A DNA stretch of 64,000 nt, taken from Octopus bimaculoides. Taxonomy: Eukaryota. This document shows, piece after piece, positions 53,620 to 64,000 of this stretch (the stretch's first letter is position 1; each line of letters begins with the position of its first letter). The notes under the pieces are model-generated. The model did no database searches. It was not told the origin of the DNA and was given only the letters and a program-made list of their open reading frames with translations. Both the position numbers and the translations under genes were made by a program. Location: positions 51,206,079-51,270,078 of the forward strand of contig NC_068982.1 of assembly GCF_001194135.2 (NCBI RefSeq), read 5' to 3'.

Positions 53620-54575
53620 GTAAGTGTATAAAAATCTTAAAAGTACAGATTTCATATCCTTTTTTTAAAATGTTTTTCTTTAATACTTCTAATTGGAAAG
53701 AAAATATTATAGGATGTCAGGTACTTTTCATTTTCATTTTTTTTTTCTTTCAAATACAGTCAGTATTATACAATGAATGACAAATATAGCTAATTTATAT
53801 CATTCTTTCATTTTCTATAAATATTTCATCCTTTTCTTTTTTTTTTGTGGTTGTGATAACTGTTAAACAAAGGAGAGCAGACAGATTTTTTTATCAATCA
53901 TTCTCTTAATCACATATAATAGCCAAAGGCATTGCAGTCTATATGCAAAAGCTGACCAAATATTTTAGTGATTCTAAACATGAAAAATTAATTTTATAGA
54001 TTCTCTTAACTCCACTTTCCCAAATGCTTTGCATTGATTGTTTTCATATTTAGTCTAATTCATATTCCTATGTCAGTAAACCAAGAAGAAAACAGATGTT
54101 TTGAAATATTAAGGATTCAGTCACTGTGTCATTGCTACAGCAGCTTTAAAAGTGTCACTTCAAATAACTCATAAAGCATTCATGTACTCATTTAACTAAT
54201 TATAGATATTATAACCAATATTCCTTTTCAATACTAACAATAAGATATTAAATCACTTTTATATCCTTATATATATCCAGATTTTTTTTAAAATCTATAA
54301 CAGATAATAAAACTTACAAAAAGAGGGTTGAAATTAAAAGCTCCATAAATAGAAAAATGTGGTGATTTTTTCTATTCAATACCTAACATGATAAAGGGTA
54401 AACCATAAACAGTAGAAGAGTTATGAGTTCTTTGTAATTTAAATGTCAATATGATCACCTGATTGGAAAGAAAAACTGATATGAGGCAAAATGCATTATT
54501 TTGTCTTTAAAATATATTTCACAAAAGCATGCACTATAGTTTTATTAAAACATATATAAACATTCTATTCTATAG

Positions 54576-54608
54576 ATACCAGGTCCAACCGGTCCTCCCG
54601 GCCCTTCG
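54576..54608 (+). CDS. Collagen exon, 33 bp, IPGPTGPPGPS
   Basis: attctattctatag|ATACCA...CCTTCG|gtaaga; helix resumes. Confidence 0.92.
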
Positions 54609-55229
54609 GTAAGATATCATTTAGCTCATTTAAAATTTTAGTTAATGTGTTTGGTTTTTTTTTTGTGTTTTTTTTTTTTTACCTCCGAGTGTTAATAACT
54701 AGAGTAATATAATAACTTAACTTAATTTGAGCCCCCAAAAGTACTTCATATTATCCTAATTTGAAAGATTGAACTAGACTAAGGTTAATGATGTCAAAAG
54801 CAAATAATTCCTTAAGTTAAGCCTATTTCTATTTCATTGATAGAAGAAATAAATTTGAGTATTTCATTAATATATCAATTAAAAGTTTACTTTTAAAATA
54901 TCCATGAAAAATGTTTCCATTTATTGAATTTGATAAACTAAACCAATTATAGTAAATAAGGAAATTTACTAACTCTATATTATGTTGATAGTGTCTTTAG
55001 AATATAAGATAAACTGTTATTCTATATAAAATGTTAGAGAAAATCAAGTGCAAAATAAAGATCCAAGAAATAAATTGTTTTTGAAACTAAACTGAAGGCA
55101 CTGATATTATTTACCAGAACAAGGTACACAATTAAGATAAAATAAGTAGTAGCATCCAGGGAAACTAGTGATGGTTTGTGGCAAATAGTGAGTACAAACA
55201 GTTGGAAGTTTAAATAATTGGTAGACAAG

Positions 55230-55700
55230 ACCCTTCATGCAGAGAAATGTTTTCTGATGTCAAAGAGTTGCTCAAAAAATGATCCACTAGCCAACAGCTG
55301 GACTCATCTCATGTAGAGATTTGCAAGTGATGTAGTGAATAAGGTTGGTGAAAGTACAAAGTTGTCTGCAATTTAAAATTGGGATTGAGAACTGGTTATA
55401 TACTGATTGTGATGAACTGACAAATGTAATATACAAAGTAGAAGCATTTGAAGGTACTGGAAGAAGAAAACTTCTGACCAATAAGGTCTTGCAAGTTTTT
55501 TGTCTCTTTTGAAAAAGAGGCGGAACGGTTTTGGAAAGATGAAGTAGTTTGAGAGTCAAAGGAAAAAAAAATGGAAGTTGTAGATAATATTCTGCTAATG
55601 TAACAGAGCTAACAAGTGTAAGTTAGAACAGGGAACCTTGTTTGTGGGTGTCTTCATGTGGAGCAAAAATGACATGGCTCAGTCAGAGAGATTCTTGGAT
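55230..55700 (-). mobile_element. Decayed CR1/Jockey-group RT fragment
   Basis: Minus-strand PVPSNASTLYITFVSSSQSVYNQFSIPILNCRQLCT resembles the GVPQGS...PIHSYADD region. Confidence 0.45.
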
Positions 55701-55763
55701 TTATTGGAACACAGTTGTGATACATGAATTGAGAATAAGGAAAATTTGAAGCAAAAGTGTAAG

Positions 55764-56160
55764 TCATCATCGTCATTTAACATCTGTCTTCCATGCTGGC
55801 ATGGGTTGGACAGTTTGACAGGAGCTGGCAATCCACAGGACTGCACCAAGCCCCACTGTCTGTTTTGACATGGTTTTTACAGCTGGATGCCCTTTCTAAC
55901 ACCAACCACTTTACAGAATAGACTGGGTACTTTTTATATGGTACCAGCAGGGTCTGTTTTGGCATGTTTTCATGGCTTGATGCCCTTCCTAGTACCAGCC
56001 ATTTTACAGAGTGGACTGGGTGCTTTTTGCATAACACCAACACTGGAGACTTGCATGACAAAGATCCTTTAAGGGGGAGGTTGGTATTGAAAGAGGTGGC
56101 TTTGCATCAGTGATAAGAGGTTAGAGTATGACAAAGACAGAAACAGATGTCTTGTAGAGG
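55764..56160 (-). mobile_element. RTE LINE 3' UTR, with internal duplication of the tttctacagctggatgccc block
   Basis: (CAT)n-ttaacatctgtcttccatgctggcatgggttggacag...; two successive ttt..agctgg/ggcttgatgcccttcc blocks. Confidence 0.75.
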
Positions 56161-57082
56161 ATTTGTATACTATGCCACAACCATAAACTAAATGAATATA
56201 ATATAAATAAATGACACTGCTTATGTCAATAAAAACAAAAAAGATAGAAAAATATGATGCAATATCTACAGTTAACTTCAGAATTATAAGAATATTAATA
56301 GAAATGCTATTGATAGAAGATAGCAAGAAAAGTCAAATATTCAATATTAATTTAAGAAAAAAAAAAGGGCATGAAAGGTTATTCATATGTATACTTTTCT
56401 GAATGTTAATTTGATCACAGAATTAGTTTGAACATAAAGCTTGTAATCCTATCCTTAAATAGACAATATTGCATCAAGATAGCTTCTAAATATGGAATGG
56501 TGCATCCTTTATGTTTGACTATAGCTAGAAACAACAAACTATCTTGTTTTATTTACAAAACCATATTTGTAACTTGCTGCCTTTTCTATCATCATGTAAT
56601 GTTTACTTTTCATTTGATTTAATATTGCTTATGACTGCTTGCTCTTTAAAATCTATTGAATTCATCTTAGCCTTATTTAAAATAGTACATACCACTTGTC
56701 AATCAATCTTTTTATTAAATGATTCTTCTGTGACCTACAAGAAATGGTATGCACTAGCATTCTTTTCTCAACCTGTATTATTGTGGAACACTCTTTCTAC
56801 TCTACACATCTCCCACCAATAAATAATTTAGAGAAATTTAGATTAGTATTAGTTGCATGATGTTAATTCGGCCTTCTACATTTTTGTTTTAATAAGGTCA
56901 TTACAGACAATATTTTTTTCTTTATTTTTTTCCCTTTTCTTTGAAATAAGCTTTCATGACATAAATGAATAACAATATAAAAGAGCCACCTTGCATGACT
57001 TATGCAGAAAAGGTTACAGTTCAGTTTGTCCAAAACATGAACTGTATTCTTCTCTCCCTCCTCCACTCTCTCTCTGTATATA

Positions 57083-57113
<31 letters not shown>

Positions 57114-59439
57114 CTATTTATACATGAATCTTCCTTGCTTTTATCATTCTTGCATATCTGAAAGAATCCCTACCTGTTTGATTCCTTAGATTTTTATTTA
57201 AAGCTCTCTCTATATAAAATTGGCTAGCTTATTTACCCATGTAGTTTTTTTCTATTGACCGTGAACCAGCTTTCTCTGAGAAACAATAATGGAAAAATGG
57301 AACCCAAATCAGAAAATAGTCTTGTAAGTGTTGTTTTTAAACAGGTTTAATAATTCTAGTTTATATAGAGTCAATAATCTTTGTTCTAATATCTATTTTT
57401 CCATACTGTACAGATTAATCATATTAACTATCTGCTTATCTAGCAAAATAGATATTTAAAAAAAATATAAATATCAATTATCATAACTTAAATAATGATT
57501 ACTTAGAATTTCTGTAACAGGAAAAATGAAACCTTTTTTCAAAATGAGTGAAAGATTCACTCTTATTCTGATCACTATTAGAATCATTTTAATAGCCGAT
57601 TTTATTTTAACATGTATAATCGGTTATAGAATGGTTAGAGAATTTCAACTTTGACATGTTTTCAAATTTTTCACTTTTAATAAAATAAGATCAATTTTGC
57701 TATGATATAGAGAAAAAATGTATATGGTCAAATTTTTGTGTGTTATTTTAGCATGGTAGATTTAGTACAGCATAATTATGCATGAAAGCATATGAGATAC
57801 AGTGTTAAATTTAAATGGAAAATTTTCCCAATTTTCTTTTGATATAGTCGTATTTATCTAACATATGGTTTATACAAACAAAGCATAACATGATTTCCAA
57901 AACTGAACATTTCACTGCAGACTCAGGAAACTCTGTGACAGAAAGATCTAATATTACTTTCTGTCATTATTGCATTAATTAGTGCTGCTGCTATTATTAT
58001 CATCATATTCCTTTACATAATTATCAATATTTCTTTCTGTGATATATCAATAATTCAATTATTTTCATGCATACAATTGATATTTCTAGTATTTAGTTGC
58101 TGTACTTTATTTAATATGTTCCATAGATTTATATTTTTTCTATCAAATATCTGTTGAATTCCTCTTTTTATTATTATACATCTAATACTAATACAATGTA
58201 ACCTACGTGTGATGTTTAAAAAGAATGGCAGTTTTTCAAAAAGTTTAAATACTGTTTAAGTCAGTGACTTCAACCATTACCCTCTTTAGATCAATTAAAC
58301 CAGCAGTAATTATTACTATTAAAGATTTGCCACCACTAATAAACTAGGTGCCTGCTGTAGCAATGTATTTAAAATAATATATGTGTATATACATTGTGAG
58401 GGTCTCTGTTTTTGTTTTGTTTTCCTCGACAAATTTGATTCAATGCAACTTAATTTCCAGTGAAACATTTTAACAAAATTATTGATGATAAATAATGAAA
58501 TATTGGACTATTTGTCATTTTTGATTCATTGCAATTTATCTTTTTTTGCTACTGAGTATGTGCAGGAATTTTTTGCTTAGTTTCAAAATCTAATATCTAT
58601 TGTAGTTTCTTTTATATCACTTTAGAAAATTATATGATTTTTGTGCCTTAAAAGTGAAAAAAATAGTGCATAACAGCACTCTACCTGCCATTTTTTTCCT
58701 TATAATTTTCATGATTTACCAAAAATTATTGAGAAAATTTTGCCTAACATACATACTTTTTTTTTAATTTAGAGAAGTACTTAATATATGTTTTTACTAT
58801 TCTTTTTTATCATTATCTAATACTCTACTTAATGTTTATTTTTAACCATAATTATTGACTTCTAACATTATGTTTTTCCTCTCTCTCGCTCATTCTTTTA
58901 ATGTCTTTTTACTCTTACTATATAAGTATGTTAACAGCTATTTGGTATGAAAAAGTTTAGCTTTAAATGTAAAAAAAAAAGTATTCTGTTTGCTATTATT
59001 GTTGTGTTTGTGTTCCCTTGCTTCCCTTAGATTTAGCTAATCCTTTACATTTCTAATTTTAAGAGTCGTGATTATTTTAAATGATATATGCTTTATATAT
59101 TATTAGTTACTAGATTATATACAGTAGTACATCTACCTCTTGATTTAATATTATTTTAAAATGATAACATTGTCATGTTTAAAATATGTATTTTTACCAT
59201 TTTATCTTTTGACAAATAATTTTTATATGTATGCATGTTTTTGTGAAGGTGAACACTTCTTTCCATTTTCTTCTTTGATAACACACACACATATTTATAT
59301 TATACCATATATATACTATACTATACTATATAGAAAAAACAAGGTTATTTTGTTCCATACAGGTAGAAATATAGGAAAAATAGAAGTTGAAAATGCACTG
59401 AGAATAGTTAAAATATTTTTTATTATAATGATTTAACCA

Positions 59440-62090
59440 GTTTCACAGTTTACACTGATTTTCAAAAAGTCGAAATAGAAAGACGTGGCTTATGTCACAG
59501 CTGTCTTGCTTCTGACTAGCGTTTGAAGCGTGCCCTATTTTTGTAGGGAGTTCATGGCTCAAATTAGTATATGTTTTGAATAGGGTTTGATTGGTAGAGG
59601 ACAGTCACATGACTGGTCTTAGAAATTTTTGTAGGTTCCCCACTATGTCTGTGTGCTAGTATCAAGTGACAATGTTTAGCATCATAAGTTAAATCTGACA
59701 CAGTTGACTGAACAAGTCTAGGGGTTGTACTGAACAATCAATGCTCTGAATGTTTTCTTATTTCTTTATTGCCCACAAGGGGCTTAACATAGAGGGGACA
59801 AACAAGGACAGACAAAGGAATTAAGTCGATTACATCGACCCCAGTGCGTAACTGGTACTTAATTTATCGACCCCAAAAGGATGAAAGGCAAAGTCAACCT
59901 CGGCGGAATTTGAACTGAGAACGTAACATCAGATGAAATACCGCTAAGCATTTCGCCCAGCATCCTAACGTTTCTGCCAGCTCGTCACCTTATGCTCTGA
60001 ATGTTTTCTGTCAAGTGTTTGTAGAGAATGAACACATGATTAAATTTAGAACCGTCTGTATGTTTGGCTGCTACGTTTGTGTGTTAGTGTCACATGGCAG
60101 TATATATTGCACCTAAAATGAAGGCCAACACAGTTGAATGAACATGTTTAGTTACAATCAAGGCACTCCAGATTTAATATCTGGTGGGAAAGTAGACAGG
60201 AGTCATTTGTATGTAGTCCAGTTGCTAAAGTTTAGGTTGATAGATGTGTAGGTTCCTCATCTTAAGTGGCAGAATGAGTTTTGTGTGTGAATAGTTATTT
60301 GTGTATATACTTTGTTAAAGCTTGTTAAGTCTGGGTTTGTACTTTTGTATGAAAGTATTTTCTTTGTTTATCCATGCTTTATCAGTGGTATTCCCTGAAC
60401 ATAGGTAGAGTGAGAAGACCTGGAATTTTTTTCAATGCTTTTATCTCTTTTGATGATTAGTATATCCAAGAATGGTAGTTGAGTTTTACTGTAGTCCATG
60501 CTTAAGTCCATATTATTGTTGATGCTGTTGATTAGGCTTTTGAAATCTATAAGTTGTTCAAATGTGTGCATCTGTAGGATTAGGCAGTCATCTATGTAAT
60601 GTTTCCAGTTTTCTGGTAGATATTTGTATAAGTTTAAGCCGTATCTTAATTTTGATTGTTTATATATTTGGACCTCCATGTAAGCCATGACTAGATTGCC
60701 GTACATCAGAACAACTTTTGTCCCCAACGCAGTCCCAGATATTTGTTTGTAAATATTGCCATTGAAGTCAAAAAATTTGTTTTTTGAGGATAAACTTTAA
60801 CCCTGCAGTGATGAAACTTGTTTCAATTCTGTCTGAAATTTCATGAGAAAATTTCTCAAGCCAGAAATTTATTGCCTCTAGTCCATATTGGTGTAGGATT
60901 GTAGTAGATAGGTCTACCACATCAAAAGATACAATAGTGGTATCATTGTTTATGGATTTGGGGATGTGGTTTAACAGGTCCAGATCATCCCTTACAAGAC
61001 TTAGTATGTATTTTAAAATAGGTTTCAGTAATATATCTAAAAAGTTGCTGAGTCTGTGTTTCACAGTTCAGGCCTGCTACAATTAACCTAAATTTAAGGT
61101 CAGTGGGATATTGTATGTTTATGCAACTTGAAGTTAGTTCTTTACATGTATTCTTAATAGTTTGGTTCTCATGGATTCTTGGGAGACTGTAGAAGTAGCT
61201 AGTCTTGCAATCAAAATGGGTTAGGTAGACACGTTCTTTGTTTGTTACACCTTTTTGATATCTGTGAATGAGTGTGTTCAATTTAGTCGTCATCTTTGAT
61301 TTTTGGTAATTATTTACCTTTTTGTAGTATTACCTTCTTGTAATATAGATAGTATGTCTCTTTTGTAGTGTTCAATATCCATAATAACTATAGCACTTCC
61401 CTTATCCGCTTCCTTCATTATTATGTCATTACTGTTTTTCAGTTAATTGTATAATATCCCATTCCTTTGGCTGACATTGGGCTTTATTTTTGGGTATGGA
61501 AGTTCTTTGTAAGGGAAGGTAGACATAAAGTCACAGGATTTATCTAAAGATTTATTCTTAACTTTCATAAGCTTGTAATCACTCTTGTTTCTTACAATTG
61601 ATTCATCCCTGTTTTCTTTATCGTACAATTCCTCTGTTAGGTGTGGTTTTCTATGTGGTTTTCTACAGAACTGTGAAATATCGTTCTGTATTTCATTGGA
61701 GTTAGGATGCTGTGATGGGGTAAATTTAATTTCTTCTTCTGAGAGAATTTTTTTGGATAGCTTAATTATCTTCAGTTTCTCATCTTTGGTTTGTACCTTC
61801 TGGTGCTGAGAACACTCTCGGTTGGATCTAAAAAGCTATTTTTCAAGGTTTTGCTTTTATTACTATTTCTATATGACATTTTCTCTGTTAACTTGTCTTC
61901 TTTTGTATCAATTCTGTACATTCGTTGTTCAGAATTGTTGTTTCTCTCTGTAATTGTTTTTTCAGTCGATAATTTTATTTGTTGGGTATGTCTTCAGTTT
62001 TGAGGAAAGTTCAGTCCAGTGGGAGAGAAAACTTCAATTCTTTAAGTTGGATTGTTGTTGAGGTAGTCTTGGATTATCATTATGAAACTG
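59440..62090 (-). mobile_element. Penelope-like retroelement, decayed and internally deleted
   Basis: DIIMKEADKGSAIVIMD, FYSLPRIH, IVSFDVVDL, AMGTK, WKHYIDD and LPFLDIL RT motifs; C-terminus KENTFIQKYKPRLNKL* at ~60316-60365; frameshifts; boundaries approximate. Confidence 0.85.
59759..59991 (-). mobile_element. Young tRNA-derived SINE with 18-bp target-site duplication, nested in the Penelope-like element
   Basis: ATGCTCTGAATGTTTTCT at 59741-59758 and 59992-60009; CpG-rich body; same family as 2511-2728. Confidence 0.92.
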
Positions 62091-62145
62091 GTGAATATAA
62101 TTTCCATATTTAGATGTTTGATTAATTATATATACTATATTATAC

Positions 62146-62186
<41 letters not shown>

Positions 62187-62361
62187 TATACATATATATA
62201 TTATACTATATATATATAGTAAAATATATATACATATCAACTACTTATAGTTTTTCTCCCTGGAATGTGACAGAAGCTGTTCTCTGCACATTTTCAGTGT
62301 TTATTGCTCCTGAGCATTTGCCACATACAAAAACTATCTTCCCAGTTAGCCTTCCTATGAT

Positions 62362-62630
62362 AGGAATTCAAGACAGGATGCCCCTGGGAGCTCCTCTATG
62401 CTGATGACCTTGCTGTAATTGCTGAGTCACTATCAGAACTGGAGGAAAAGTTTCAGGTGTGGAAGCAAGGATTAGAATTGAAGGGCCTTAGAGTTAACAT
62501 AGCTAAAACCAAAGTCTTAATAAGTAGGAAGGCAGACAAACCACAAATCAGGTAGATGGCCCTGCTCGGTCTGTAGAATAGGTGTAGGTAGAAACTCCAT
62601 AAGATGTACCCAGTGTAAGCTATGGACACA
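62362..62630 (+). mobile_element. RTE LINE RT fragment
   Basis: GCPWELLYADDLAVIAESLSELEEKFQVWKQGLELKGLRVNIAKTKVL...RWPCSVCRIGVGRNSIRCTQCKLWTH. Confidence 0.9.
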
Positions 62631-63757
62631 TTGTTGCATATGCTCTATCATTGAACCCTCTTTGTGGAAAAATTCAGGTATGCACTGGTGTCCTTATAAA
62701 CTGTCCTTCACTGTATTGAGCAAGTGGAAGCTGGTGGGCACCATATTCAGATTGTGCAGTGGGTGGGGCACCGTAATCCTTCTCAATTTGCCAGTTGCCT
62801 GAGTTGTCACCAAAGATGTGTGGTTGCACATTGTCATGGTTTCTTCCTTCTAATGGCTTCCGTTAAGCTTTTTGAGTGTCTCAATGTGCCATTTATTGTT
62901 TGAGGTGTAACCACATTCTCAAAAAAAAAAAAAAGGAGTCTGATATCCTTTTCATTTCAAAAGCAGTAACTATGACTTTCTGTGCTAATTACTAACTCCT
63001 GAACTTTTCAGTTCAGTTTCACTCTGGTCTACGACTAGCCAGCATTCCCACTTCACTTTTCTAACTAACCTATTTTGCTCTTTAATATCGCTCTGAGTTT
63101 CCCACCATAATTCCAATCATTCTCTTGCCACTTCCATTCTCTCACATCTGAGCAAATGTTCATGCCCTACACTATTGAGTACTCTCAACACTTCATTCCT
63201 ATCCCCTTTTTCAACTACCCATTTCAGGCCCTCTGTTGTCATTGCTCTCTTTGCTGTTTCCTCCTCAGCCTACATATCCCAGGTTACTGAGTAGTCGAGT
63301 GTTGGTGCAAAGAGAAAATGCACCACTCAGTACAGTGGTTGGTGATAGGAAAGGCATCCAATCTTAGAACCAAGGCAAATAATATAATGACATATATATA
63401 TGTATATGCATATAAATATATCACATAATATATATAAACAGTACACATTATATAAATACCTCATCTCACAAATATAATACTGAGTGTAATGGTTTACCTA
63501 ATGGTGTTTATGTATATACGTGTCTGTATGGGGGGAGGGGTTAGTGTGTATTTCCTTGTCTTCACATTGCACAATAGTTGTAAATGAGCATCCCCATCTT
63601 ACAAGCAGTGGCTTTCATTTCCAGTCTTGTGTAAAAAAATAACCAGCCATGGGGAGATATTACCTTGCTTTACAATAGGGAAACAGATGAGGATTGGCAA
63701 CAAGAAAAGCATTAGGCTGTCAAAAAATCTGCCTCAAGACACACACACACATATATA

Positions 63758-64000
63758 TCATCATCATCATCATCATCATCGTTTAACGTCCGCTTTCCAT
63801 GCTAGCATGGGTTGGACGATTTGACTGAGGACTGGTGAAACCGGATGGCAACACCAGGCTCCAGTCTAATTTGGCAGAGTTTCTACAGCTGGATGCCCTT
63901 CCTAACGCCAACCACTCAGAGAGTGTAGTGGGTGCTTTTACGTGTCACCCGCACGAAAACGGCCACGCTCGAAATGGTGTCTTTTATGTGCCACCCGCAC
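63758..64000 (-). mobile_element. Young RTE LINE 3' end (runs off the window)
   Basis: (CAT)n-CGTTTAACGTCCGC...; near-identical to 14638-14833. Confidence 0.88.

Larger units (their letters stand above)
493..54608 (+). other. Internal part of a multi-exon interrupted-helix collagen gene (14 supported exons; 5' and 3' ends outside the window)
   Basis: 14 AG...GT-bounded exons, all phase 0, splice into one open 280-aa Gly-X-Y frame with short non-collagenous interruptions. Family cannot be fixed without the terminal domains. Confidence 0.93.

Overview
AT-rich eukaryotic (metazoan) genomic DNA with assembly gaps, many microsatellites and decayed transposons. The repeat landscape suggests a coleoid cephalopod, probably Octopus (inference). 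The only host gene I can support is an internal segment of a large + strand collagen gene with an interrupted triple helix: 14 small GT-AG exons, all phase 0, between 493 and 54608 (840 bp, 280 aa), with neither end of the gene in the window. The spliced product reads [280 protein letters not shown]. There is also a candidate 93-bp basic, Cys-containing cassette exon at 20867-20959. The introns hold mariner, piggyBac, Helitron, RTE, CR1-like and Penelope-like remnants and tRNA-derived SINEs. The most notable unexplained structure is a set of four minimal type I hammerhead-ribozyme motifs of the kind associated with Penelope-like elements. Three are sense to the pre-mRNA (40903, 50743, 52104) and one is antisense (50516). 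Two of the four form the arms of a ~425-bp near-perfect foldback. The two sense copies that share the self-complementary stem III ACAGCTGT flank one collagen exon. Almost all ORFs in the supplied track are spurious (microsatellite, N-gap or intronic), apart from transposon fragments.
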